64,000 nt of DNA from an uncultured Bdellovibrionales bacterium (GTDB lineage Bacteria; Patescibacteriota; Minisyncoccia; Moranbacterales; UBA1568). Positions 55,844 through 64,000 of the stretch are shown one piece after another. A program made the position numbers and the translations under genes. Each line of letters opens with the position of its first letter. Within the stretch, counting starts at the first letter, position 1. The stretch lies in NCBI GenBank assembly GCA_964500505.1, contig CAZCNN010000001.1:205056-269055 (forward strand), read 5' to 3'. The notes beneath the pieces are model-generated. The model was given only the letters and a program-made list of their open reading frames with translations. It was not told where the DNA came from and searched no databases.

Positions 55844-57157
55844 TTATACGGTCCATTCAGCCGGCGCCACAAAAGGTTTCTTGCGCCAGGCGTCGGACTG
55901 ACGACAGAGGTACGTGCTAGCCGTGCGCGGATCGACGAGGAGCTGTTCGGTGACAAGCTCCATGCGTAATCCCTGTGAACCCTTGATGAGAACCAGATCC
56001 TCCGAGCGCACCGTGTTCATCGCAGCCTCTACAGCCGACATCGGATCAGGCATCCAGAGTACCTGCTTCCGCGAAAAGCCATCGGCGAGCAACTGCTCAT
56101 GGAGGGCGCGCATGTGTTCGCCGACGGTGATAACCATATGGACGCCTGATTCACGGAGTGGTTGAGAGAGTGCTGCGTGCTCCGCATCGGATTCTGGCCC
56201 GAGCTCGAGCATGTCACCAAGAATGGCCACCTTCCGGGGTGCCATGAGCTCTGTCATCACTTGGAGTGCGGCTCGGGTCGAAGTGGGTGATGCATTGTAG
56301 GTATCATCGAGGAGATAGGTATTGTCTCTTCCTGGGAGCAGACGGAGTCGACCAGGGAGCGGTTCAAACTGCTCGAGCGCTTCGATCAAATCAAACGGGT
56401 TCATCTTGAGAGCGACACCGACAGCGAGAGCCGCGAGGGCAGCTGGGATATGGTGCTTGGCGACCACTTTGGGTAGACGAATCGGAACGGTCTTACCATC
56501 AAAGTTGACCTTGAATGACAACCCTTCGGCTCGCTTGGCTTCGCGATGAAAGACAAAGTTGTCGGCATGGATATCTGCCCCTTCCTCGAACCCGTAGGTG
56601 ATAACCTTGGCTTTGGTTTTGTCGCGCATCTTGAGAGTCCTCGGATCATCAGCATTCAAGACCGCAATGCCATCCTCGGGCAAACTGGCAATGATCCGTC
56701 CCTTCTCACGCGCAATGTTCTGGAGTGTCCCAAAGTAAGCGATGTGACTCGACGACACTTGGGTCACGACGCCAATTTTGACCGGAATAAATTCAAGAAG
56801 AAAGGCCATATCCCCTGGTCGATCAATGCCCATCTCGAGCACCAATACCTCCGGGTACTTCGCCGGGAATACCATAAGGAGGAGCCACTTCCAAAACACC
56901 CCAAACCAACGGAAAAGCGAGCTCCCACCGCTCTCCACCCCAATGACCGTGAGCGGGATACCAATTTCATTGTTATAGTTCCCTTCGGCCTTGCGCACAC
57001 GATACGACACGCCCAAGACGAGGGCAATCGCTTCTTTGGTCGAGCTTTTGCCCACTGATCCGGTGATGCCAACCACGAGTGGTTGGTACTTTCGGAGGAC
57101 CGCTCGCGTCATAGACCGCAAGAGCTTTTCGAGAATTTTTCTTTTGTTGGGCATCAT
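55844..57157 (-). CDS. murF: UDP-MurNAc-tripeptide--D-Ala-D-Ala ligase
   Basis: GITGSVGKS, NNEIGIP, DDTYNASP, GDMLELG, KGS. Confidence 0.95.
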   Translation of the reverse strand: MMPNKRKILEKLLRSMTRAVLRKYQPLVVGITGSVGKSSTKEAIALVLGVSYRVRKAEGNYNNEIGIPLTVIGVESGGSSLFRWFGVFWKWLLLMVFPAKYPEVLVLEMGIDRPGDMAFLLEFIPVKIGVVTQVSSSHIAYFGTLQNIAREKGRIIASLPEDGIAVLNADDPRTLKMRDKTKAKVITYGFEEGADIHADNFVFHREAKRAEGLSFKVNFDGKTVPIRLPKVVAKHHIPAALAALAVGVALKMNPFDLIEALEQFEPLPGRLRLLPGRDNTYLLDDTYNASPTSTRAALQVMTELMAPRKVAILGDMLELGPESDAEHAALSQPLRESGVHMVITVGEHMRALHEQLLADGFSRKQVLWMPDPMSAVEAAMNTVRSEDLVLIKGSQGLRMELVTEQLLVDPRTASTYLCRQSDAWRKKPFVAPAEWTV

Positions 57158-57169
57158 ATACTCATTTTA

Positions 57170-58945
57170 TCATTTTTTGGTCGTTTCTTCTGTCGGCTTA
57201 ATCTTGGCGTACTCTAGCAGAAATTTCATGATTTCACCAAACGTCGGAGCAGCACTCGATTCGGCCCATTCGACGTTCTTGGGATTATCGAGTTTCACGA
57301 GGACGACGAACTGCGGATCATTGAGTGGTGCATAGCCAACAAACGATCCGATACTCATACTCTCCTCGTAGCCCTTTTCTCCCGTTTTGGCGACTTGGGC
57401 CGTACCCGTCTTGCCACCGACCAGGTACCCCGGGACATCGGCGCGCTTGCCATGACCATTCACGACGACGCTCCGGAGCATCTGCCCCATGAGTCGACTC
57501 GTTTCTTCACTCACTACTCGACGGACTTCCTTCGGTTCGGTGACGGTTTCTGTCCCGTCAGCGTGGATGACCTTGTCGACGATAACTGGTTCTAGGAGTC
57601 GCCCGCCATTGGCCAGTGCCGCATAGGCGGTCGCCATCTGAATGGGAGTCGCCGTAATCCCCTGGCCAAATGAGGCCGTGAAGAAATTGATGGTGGCTCG
57701 TTCGTTCCGGAGGTTCTTCAAATTGCCTGGCAACTCTGCTGGGAGCGCTATATTCGTCCGTTCACCAAATCCGAACCGATGGAGGTATTCACCAAAGAGA
57801 CGATTGCCGACCAGTTTCTCGACGTAGATGACACCGGTATTGATAGACTCATCGAGCACCTTGTACATATTGCTCCGGCCGTACACTTTGTCTTCAGCGT
57901 TGCGGATGGTGTACCCAGCCTCCACTACAGCTCCCGGATCGACATATTCTGTCGTCGGTGACACCTGGCCTTCCTCGATGCCGATAGCCATGGTGAGAGG
58001 TTTCATAATAGAGCCCGGCTCATACGCCGTACTCACCGCCTGATTAAGAAAGAGCGAGTAGTCTTCGACCTTTGAATAGTTGTTGGGATCGAACTGAGGC
58101 ACCGATGCCATGGAGAGAATCTTGCCCGTTTTCGGATCCATCACGATAGCCGTCGCCCGATCAGCAGCATACTTGTCGAGCGAATCTTTGAGGAGCTTCT
58201 CCGTCTCGTACTGAATGACTCGGTCAAGGGTAAGGACAAAGCTATCCCCATTCTCGGCATGCATAATATCGCGGTCCGAGAGCGGGATCCAGCGACCACT
58301 CGCATCCTTTTCTTGGTTGAGTGTCCCCGTCTCTCCTCGGAGATCCTTGTCAAATGACGCCTCCACCCCGTAGCCACCCGCACCACCCTTTTCTCCCAAA
58401 CTGGCAAAGCCTACCACTTGAGCGGCGAGTTCGCCAGCAGGATAGTAGCGATACTTTTCTGGGAGGAGCGCTACGCCTTTGTGCTTCAATTCACGGACAC
58501 GGGTAGCCTCTTCATCGGTCAAACGCTTCTTCACTACTTCGTAGGGATCATTGGGTCGGTCCAGCTTATCGCGAATCTCACCCGCATCCATGCCGAGGAT
58601 CCGCGAGAGCTCGACTGCGACGGTGTCTTTTTCCTCGACATCCTTGGGGACGACATAGACGGTTTCATACTCTCGATTGACGGCGAGGGGGTAGCGATCA
58701 GCATCACCATCATGCATATAGATCTCCCCGCGATCGGCTGAGAGCTCGAGTGACGCATTGTGCTGACCCTCAGCGAGCGCCACCCACTTGTCATGTGAGA
58801 GTACCTGGAGAAAGAACAGTCGAGCCACAACCGTGAAGCCTACCCCCACGATGACCAGCATGAGAAAGTGTACCCGGGCCACACCAGAAAATCCACCCTC
58901 AGAGAGTGGTTTCTTTTTGACCTGAAATTTGGGGCTGTTTCGCAT
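57170..58945 (-). CDS. ftsI: Class B penicillin-binding protein (FtsI/PBP2-like)
   Basis: RGEIY, RYYP, EPGSIMK, SIN, KTGTAQ; dcw position. Confidence 0.88.
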   Translation of the reverse strand: MRNSPKFQVKKKPLSEGGFSGVARVHFLMLVIVGVGFTVVARLFFLQVLSHDKWVALAEGQHNASLELSADRGEIYMHDGDADRYPLAVNREYETVYVVPKDVEEKDTVAVELSRILGMDAGEIRDKLDRPNDPYEVVKKRLTDEEATRVRELKHKGVALLPEKYRYYPAGELAAQVVGFASLGEKGGAGGYGVEASFDKDLRGETGTLNQEKDASGRWIPLSDRDIMHAENGDSFVLTLDRVIQYETEKLLKDSLDKYAADRATAIVMDPKTGKILSMASVPQFDPNNYSKVEDYSLFLNQAVSTAYEPGSIMKPLTMAIGIEEGQVSPTTEYVDPGAVVEAGYTIRNAEDKVYGRSNMYKVLDESINTGVIYVEKLVGNRLFGEYLHRFGFGERTNIALPAELPGNLKNLRNERATINFFTASFGQGITATPIQMATAYAALANGGRLLEPVIVDKVIHADGTETVTEPKEVRRVVSEETSRLMGQMLRSVVVNGHGKRADVPGYLVGGKTGTAQVAKTGEKGYEESMSIGSFVGYAPLNDPQFVVLVKLDNPKNVEWAESSAAPTFGEIMKFLLEYAKIKPTEETTKK

Positions 58946-58987
58946 ATCGTATTTTATTCAGAGCGATTCCTCCCCACTCACGTTTCG

Positions 58988-59335
58988 CTATTTGAGGGCC
59001 ACCTGTCCGCGCTCCTCGAGATACTTCACCGCGTCCAGTTTCTCAAGTTTCAATTCATCTTTGGAAGCCTCAATCCGATGGAGAGAGCGGAGGTCCGCCT
59101 CGGTGATGCGGAGTTCAGCATTTTCTTGTTTCAACTGATCGATTTCTCGCTCCAGCGTCCGCATATGATAGCCCTGGACGGCGCTTTGGTTGACCGAATA
59201 CAGGTAGCATCCCCCAGACACAAACAGTGCCGACAAGACACCGAGGAGAAAGAGGTGCGCCGAACCAGAGAGCTCGCGTTTGCTCTCTTTGGGCGCCCAT
59301 GAAGTCATGAAATTTTTTCTTCGAACCACTGCCAT
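58988..59335 (-). CDS. FtsL-like cell division protein
   Basis: Single TM plus leucine zipper, between rsmH and ftsI. Confidence 0.7.
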   Translation of the reverse strand: MAVVRRKNFMTSWAPKESKRELSGSAHLFLLGVLSALFVSGGCYLYSVNQSAVQGYHMRTLEREIDQLKQENAELRITEADLRSLHRIEASKDELKLEKLDAVKYLEERGQVALK

Positions 59336-59372
59336 ATTTATTTGTATTTTTATTTTGCCCCCTTCTCTTCTC

Positions 59373-60335
59373 CTAGCGCTTCTCGAGTATTCTCAGTTTG
59401 GCACTGCGCGCTCGGGGATTCTCTGCGACTTCTTTCTCTCCGGCTACAATCGGTTTTTTGGTAATGATGCGTGCTTTAGGCACCTGCCCACACTGACAGA
59501 CTGGGAAATTGGGTGGACAGATACACTCGCCTTCGGCCTCTCGGTATGCCTGCTTCACTCGGATATCTTCACCCGAATGAAACGCAATGACGGCCAACCG
59601 TCCTCCTGGCGCGAGACACTCTATGGCGTCAGCGAGAAACGTCTCCAGATGAGCGAACTCACTATTCACTGCGATGCGGAGCGCCTGAAAGGTCTGCGTG
59701 GCCGGATGAATCTTCATCGTGGCCCGCTTCTTCTTGGGATAGGCCTCTGTGACGAGGGTAGCCAGTGCATGTGTGGTCTCGATCGGTTTCACGGCCCGCT
59801 CTCTCACGATAGCCTGTGCGATGCGTCGTGCCTCACTCTCACCGCCATACTCACGGAGGATGGCAGCGATATCGTCTTCCTCGTAGGTATTGACAACCGT
59901 TCGTGCGGTGAGCGGAGTATCCTGACTCAGTCGCATATCGAGTGGTCCATCTTCCCGGAAACTGAGTCCCCGATCTGGTGTCTCAATCTGATCTGATGAG
60001 TATCCGAGATCGGCGAGGATGGCATCAACCGTGGTGATACCAAGTTCTTGGCACACCGCCTTGAGCTCCGAGTAATTCCGTTTCACGACGATCAGTCTCC
60101 CCTCACGAGTTGCCTGCTCGAGGACCGGATCAGTCGCCACGCGCTCGCCAAAACGAGCAATCGCCTCGCTGTCCGTCTCAATCGCAATGACGCGTCCCGG
60201 CGCGACCGCCGAGAGGAGCATCGCGGTATGGCCGCCACCGCCTAAGGTTGCGTCCACTACCGTCATTCCCTTTTCAAGGTGCAACATCTCTCTCGTCTCT
60301 TCGAGCAATACGGGGATATGTGTCGTCTGTTTCAT
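59373..60335 (-). CDS. rsmH: 16S rRNA m4C1402 methyltransferase
   Basis: HIPVLL, DATLGGGGH, DLGYSSDQ, PLDMR, NPRARSAKLR. Confidence 0.97.
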   Translation of the reverse strand: MKQTTHIPVLLEETREMLHLEKGMTVVDATLGGGGHTAMLLSAVAPGRVIAIETDSEAIARFGERVATDPVLEQATREGRLIVVKRNYSELKAVCQELGITTVDAILADLGYSSDQIETPDRGLSFREDGPLDMRLSQDTPLTARTVVNTYEEDDIAAILREYGGESEARRIAQAIVRERAVKPIETTHALATLVTEAYPKKKRATMKIHPATQTFQALRIAVNSEFAHLETFLADAIECLAPGGRLAVIAFHSGEDIRVKQAYREAEGECICPPNFPVCQCGQVPKARIITKKPIVAGEKEVAENPRARSAKLRILEKR

Positions 60336-60400
60336 GTCATTTCAACCATCAAGTATAAAAACTGCCTATACCTTTCAACTTTTATATTTGGTGTTTGAAT

Positions 60401-60452
60401 TTTCAATTTCTAATTTTCAATTCTCAATCAATGATTCAATAATTTATTCAAT
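60401..60452. repeat. Heptamer-periodic tract
   Basis: TTTCAAT TTCTAAT TTTCAAT TCTCAAT CAAT... Confidence 0.65.
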
Positions 60453-60461
60453 AGCGAACAA

Positions 60462-60896
60462 CTAATAGATGCCGAGTTTGCCGAGATCTTCCGCAATCTT
60501 GCCAGTATTCTTTTCAGCCTGACTCTTATATTTATTCCATTTGGCTGTATCCCAGATTTCGAGACGGTTGAAGAGTCCCACAATCGTGACCTCTTTCTTC
60601 AGACCTCCATCGGCTTTCAAATATTCTGGGAGGAGCACTCGTCCCTGACTATCAAGCTCCACATCGGTAGCTCCAGCCAGCATCACTCGGATAAAACTCC
60701 GCGTCCCTGCCTCACCGACCGGAAGAGTCCCGAGCTTGGTCGCCAGTTCTTCCCAGACTTTCATTGGATAGACAAAGAGACAGTTATCGAGACCACGTGT
60801 GAGCACGACTTTGTTCCCGAGTTCGCCACGGAACTTCGAAGGAAGCGCCAGGCGCTTTTTGGGATCAATCGTGTGTGCGTACTCGCCGATGAACAT
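60462..60896 (-). CDS. mraZ: Transcriptional regulator MraZ
   Basis: MFIGEY, DPKKRL, DSQGRVLLP, RLEIW. Confidence 0.96.
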   Translation of the reverse strand: MFIGEYAHTIDPKKRLALPSKFRGELGNKVVLTRGLDNCLFVYPMKVWEELATKLGTLPVGEAGTRSFIRVMLAGATDVELDSQGRVLLPEYLKADGGLKKEVTIVGLFNRLEIWDTAKWNKYKSQAEKNTGKIAEDLGKLGIY

Positions 60897-60908
60897 ACGA
60901 CTATAAAA

Positions 60909-60975
60909 ATTCAAAGCCCAAATTACAAACACCCAACAAAATCCAAAACTCCAATGACCAAAAACCAAATTCCAG
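60909..60975. repeat. Heptamer-periodic tract
   Basis: ATTCAAA GCCCAAA TTACAAA CACCCAA CAAA ATCCAAA ACTCCAA TGACCAA AAACCAA. Confidence 0.6.
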
Positions 60976-60990
60976 AAACTTTAGGAATTC

Positions 60991-61054
60991 CCCACTTTCA
61001 CCCACTTTTCTTATCTACCTCCACATTTTATACCACCGAGAGACACAGCGTCAA
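60991..61054 (-). promoter_or_regulatory. mraZ promoter with GTGG-repeat MraZ binding boxes
   Basis: TTGACG-N18-TAAAAT; GTGG units at 60992, 61002, 61021 and 61033. Confidence 0.7.
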
Positions 61055-61153
61055 CCCCGCACCTTTTTGGCTTAAAAGAGACCTATTGTCGAAAAGAGTA
61101 TGAGTTATACACCTCACCACGAACAAAAAGGTGTCGGGTCAACACAAAAGTTA

Positions 61154-61214
61154 TTCACCCAGTGAAATTGCTCATACTTGAGCGCTGGCAAAGCCAGTAT
61201 TTCACCGGGTAAAC
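61154..61214. repeat. Y-shaped inverted-repeat element, copy 2
   Basis: TTCA-CCCAGTGAAAT ... ATTTCACCGGG-TAAAC enclosing GCTCA/TGAGC and CTGGC/GCCAG hairpins. Confidence 0.7.
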
Positions 61215-61215
61215 C

Positions 61216-61240
61216 AAAAAAACGGCCTTTTCAGGCCGTT
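61216..61240 (-). terminator. Terminator of the AT-rich four-gene block
   Basis: AACGGCC-N6-GGCCGTT with T-run. Confidence 0.75.
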
Positions 61241-61263
61241 CTTAACCTATATCCACACTTCTA

Positions 61264-61641
61264 TCATCTCTGACCCTCAAGAATCTTTACCCTCAGACTA
61301 AGCTCATCTATTCTTTTTGTATATTTTTCATACTGCCTAGCACTATCCCTGTAATAGTCAAAAAAGAATGGAATAGCAGCAAAGAAAAATCCAATTATGA
61401 TGACTGTTGCGACAGTCATCATAAAATTCATTGCCTTATTCTGACTTTTTTCAGATAGAATTAGTGATTTCCGAATATCCCTAGCTTTATCTTCAAGATT
61501 CTTTGTTTTTTCTTCAAGAACGTAAATTCTATCTGCTGTTTTTGCAGAACCACCACTCGCTAATGAAAAATTTGACTTGCTAGCATCTGAAGTCCCAATC
61601 CCAGTCGAAGCTTCTGTTATAAGTCCATCAAACATTTTCAT
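61264..61641 (-). CDS. Hypothetical protein, coiled coil plus one TM
   Basis: AT-rich ORF overlapping the upstream stop; start uncertain. Confidence 0.6.
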   Translation of the reverse strand: MKMFDGLITEASTGIGTSDASKSNFSLASGGSAKTADRIYVLEEKTKNLEDKARDIRKSLILSEKSQNKAMNFMMTVATVIIIGFFFAAIPFFFDYYRDSARQYEKYTKRIDELSLRVKILEGQR

Positions 61642-62011
61642 GATACTCAATTACAATAGATGTACCCTCATCAATAATTTCATCGTCTAAAAATACCTTC
61701 ACGACGTACTTTCCGGCAATTACGAATGGAACCCCTACAAGATTTGCAATGAAATTAGCTCCTCCTTCAGTGTTTTTAACTTCAACCATACCCCCGACCG
61801 AAACCACTAGTTTGTTGTCGGGTGATACTATTTCAACTTTTACCTTGTGCGTGCCGACTTCACTGGTCACATTTAACGAAATAGCGAACCCTGGCTGTAC
61901 AACAGGCAGTCTTGTGGTAATGATCTTGTCAAATATACCTATAACACTCAGTTTTCCTTCTTGCGAAAAAAAAGCATTCTCACTCACATGTACAAAATTT
62001 GTTTTTTTCAT
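61628..62011 (-). CDS. DUF6941-like beta-sandwich protein
   Basis: ENAFFSQEGKLSVIGIFDKI....P and GKYVVKVFLD pattern. Confidence 0.65.
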   Translation of the reverse strand: MKKTNFVHVSENAFFSQEGKLSVIGIFDKIITTRLPVVQPGFAISLNVTSEVGTHKVKVEIVSPDNKLVVSVGGMVEVKNTEGGANFIANLVGVPFVIAGKYVVKVFLDDEIIDEGTSIVIEYHENV

Positions 62012-62021
62012 ATTCTCATAT

Positions 62022-62402
62022 TCAAAAAATGACGGTTGCGGTACTACCGTGAGAATTAAGCGCGTATGCAACAACATCGCTCATTGCTTTCTCATCCTTA
62101 ACAGGATATGGGAGATCAACAACATATGTACATGGAGAAATACCTTGGATTTGAAAAAGAATTCCACTTCGAAGTAACTCAGCCTCGACACCTGAACCTG
62201 CGTATGTAGAGTAACTTCCTTCTCCTACATAGGATGTTACGGTAACCGTATAAAGAGCATCAGTGTCAGCACTAAACGACAATTCACCAGAGAGCAACAC
62301 TACTCCACCCGCTTGACTTACAGCCGACGTAACTTTTCCCTGTGACTCCCAATTTACGATGTAGAAATTATGCATACGGTTTTGTGTTATCAGTCTATTC
62401 AT
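62022..62402 (-). CDS. Hypothetical protein
   Basis: ORF tightly packed between the protease and DUF6941-like genes; start uncertain. Confidence 0.55.
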   Translation of the reverse strand: MNRLITQNRMHNFYIVNWESQGKVTSAVSQAGGVVLLSGELSFSADTDALYTVTVTSYVGEGSYSTYAGSGVEAELLRSGILFQIQGISPCTYVVDLPYPVKDEKAMSDVVAYALNSHGSTATVIF

Positions 62403-62454
62403 TGTTGCGCGTCCAGTCCGAGCGGTCAACTATCAGCCTTTCAAGCCTAAAAGA

Positions 62455-63477
62455 CTACTTCCATCCCTGATTGATGTTTCGCCAAATGATCTGTTCGTGC
62501 TGAACATTTATCATACCCTGCGGGGTCTGCTGAGGCACCATTTGCTTGTGTCTCTTGAGTTCCAGGGTAATCCCAAAGTAGTTGCTATTCTCTGTGGATT
62601 CCACAAAAGCGATTTGGTACTCTTTACGACTTTCCATCTTGCCTTCTATCTCAGTATCCGCATTCCAAGCCTCTGTTACTTTCATCTCACTACTATACGC
62701 CTCGTATACCTCAGTCATCAGGCCCGAGAGCTCGACATCAGCCTCGACCACAGACTTGATACCCAGATCCTCTTTGGCCTCCTTACGACCGATGTAGTAT
62801 TGGTGTGAATAGAGCTTCTCGGTCAAAAACTCGATTACTTTCTCGATCTCATCCTCTTTCATGGGTTGCTTGTGACTCTTAAGAAGTCGCTTGGCCAAAA
62901 TCTTGATGAGGTTATGGGTCCGATTGACATTGCCCAATGCAAGCGGGTGTATAGAGGGATTGCTCTCTACGAATTTGTTGAAAATCTTTGTCAATTCCTC
63001 ATCACTCTTGATACCAAACTTGTTTTTGGCCAAGTCAAAATAGCTCATCACCTCTTCCACTGAGATAGGGATGCGATTCTGGGGATTCTGGGGATCAACG
63101 GGATTGAAAAAGTTTGAAGTCGAAGGGTCAATGGGCGAGAGTTCACTCATGTCACTCATCACGATTTCATCTGCCCCCAGAGCAATCATGGTCGCAGCGC
63201 TATGGGCTTTGTATGGTATGACCACTGAAAAATGTGTGCAGTACTCTCGAATCATGGATACCAGTCGCCATGGCACCATTGTATCGCCCCCAGAGCTATA
63301 GAGTACCAGGTCTATTTTTTCTGTCTTTCCAATCTTCCGAAGCTGCGCACTGATAATAGGAATGATATCTACGGCCACACGCGCATTCACCGGACCCTGC
63401 CGATCACTCGTCACATAAGTCACCACTCGGGAACCGCGGAGTGCTTCCATTTTCTTGATCAGGTCGTTCCGTTCCAT
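62455..63477 (-). CDS. SDH-family ClpP-fold serine protease
   Basis: LYSSGG, AHSAATMIALGADEIVM, LSPIDP, LYSH. Confidence 0.85.
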   Translation of the reverse strand: MERNDLIKKMEALRGSRVVTYVTSDRQGPVNARVAVDIIPIISAQLRKIGKTEKIDLVLYSSGGDTMVPWRLVSMIREYCTHFSVVIPYKAHSAATMIALGADEIVMSDMSELSPIDPSTSNFFNPVDPQNPQNRIPISVEEVMSYFDLAKNKFGIKSDEELTKIFNKFVESNPSIHPLALGNVNRTHNLIKILAKRLLKSHKQPMKEDEIEKVIEFLTEKLYSHQYYIGRKEAKEDLGIKSVVEADVELSGLMTEVYEAYSSEMKVTEAWNADTEIEGKMESRKEYQIAFVESTENSNYFGITLELKRHKQMVPQQTPQGMINVQHEQIIWRNINQGWK

Positions 63478-63565
63478 ACTGCAAATGAGTTATATATCGC
63501 TAAACACCATCATTGTAGCACCAGCTGATACTTTCGTAAAGGGTTTTTTGTTTGGGGTGTGCTAT

Positions 63566-64000
63566 CTACAACTTTTCCAGCACTTTCACGAGGAGGCGGA
63601 CAGGGGCGCCGGCGGAGCCTTTGGCCAGGAATTCATCAGGGAGCGTGGTCATGCGTGGGGCGATATCGAGGTGGACCCAAGGATAGGCCTGGTCGACAAA
63701 CTGCTTGAGAAATACCGCTGCCGTGATCGCACCGCCATAGCGCGTACGACCGAGGTTGGCCACGTCACCAAAAGTGCCCTTGATTTCTGCATCATACTCA
63801 TCCCACAGTGGCAGTGGCCAGACATGGTCACCACTTTCTTCACCGAGATGACGGAGCTTCATTTCGAGTTTCTCATCGGCCGTAAAAAGCGCCGACGCCC
63901 GTTCTCCGAGCGCCCCCATGGCAGCGCCAGTGAGAGTCGCGACATCGATGACGAGCGACGGACGGTAGCGCTTGGCATAGTGGAGCGCATCAGCGAGGAT
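63566..64000 (-). CDS. pepA: Leucyl aminopeptidase (M17), 3' part
   Basis: ILADAL, IDVATLTGA, WPLPL, GGAITAAVFL, WVHLDIA; runs off the window end. Confidence 0.92.
   Translation of the reverse strand: MLADALHYAKRYRPSLVIDVATLTGAAMGALGERASALFTADEKLEMKLRHLGEESGDHVWPLPLWDEYDAEIKGTFGDVANLGRTRYGGAITAAVFLKQFVDQAYPWVHLDIAPRMTTLPDEFLAKGSAGAPVRLLVKVLEKL

Noticed and set aside
60897-60968. N-terminal extensions given by the ORF track for mraZ (also rnhA, rfbB, secD, the GT at 45454 and NUDIX)
   Set aside because: The extensions run through repeats, promoters or neighbouring genes; family-typical starts lie downstream.
61011-61257. DnaA-box-like words (TTATACACC, TTATTCACC, ATATCCACA) suggesting oriC
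   Set aside because: All are mismatched and sparse, one belongs to the Y-element, there is no dnaA/dnaN nearby and gene orientation does not switch.
61100-63494. ATGAGTTATA at 61100 and 63485 flanking the AT-rich block, matching a half-site of the PaaX-flanking palindrome
   Set aside because: A 9-10-bp AT-rich match can occur by chance in 64 kb, and neither site has the partner half-site.

Overview
Bacterial chromosome segment, almost entirely minus-strand coded. It most likely comes from a Patescibacteria/CPR (Parcubacteria, Moranbacteria-like) genome; this is inferred from the gene set: DUF4012, PsbP-like membrane-anchored proteins, a stand-alone PaaX/Cas2-like gene, SecD with a PPIase insert and a minimal mraZ-rsmH-ftsL-ftsI-murF cluster. 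Core genes cover translation (pheST, tyrS, lepA, ABC-F), secretion (secDF, MacAB-like ABC exporter), cell wall (PBP1A, mltG, murJ, dcw), surface glycan synthesis (three GT4s, galU, rfbABCD) and repair/chaperones (recJ, rnhA, dnaJ with CIRCE, trxA), with ORFan cassettes between them. The most striking signals are non-coding. (1) A complete leader-peptide attenuator (promoter, Phe/Met-rich 34-aa leader, 1:2/2:3/3:4 stems) controls an unknown 54-aa protein at 39.1-39.6 kb. (2) A PaaX/Cas2-like gene is bracketed by two 38-bp palindromic repeats. (3) A promoter-driven 160-nt rod-like RNA with an alternative pairing lies upstream of rfbC. (4) A family of CCCnGT...ACnGGG mini inverted-repeat elements is present, one inserted at the rnhA start codon with a 4-bp duplication. 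(5) Heptamer-periodic intergenic tracts share a common grammar. No rRNA, tRNA, CRISPR array or transposase was recognised. All calls come from reading the sequence by eye; no searches were run.
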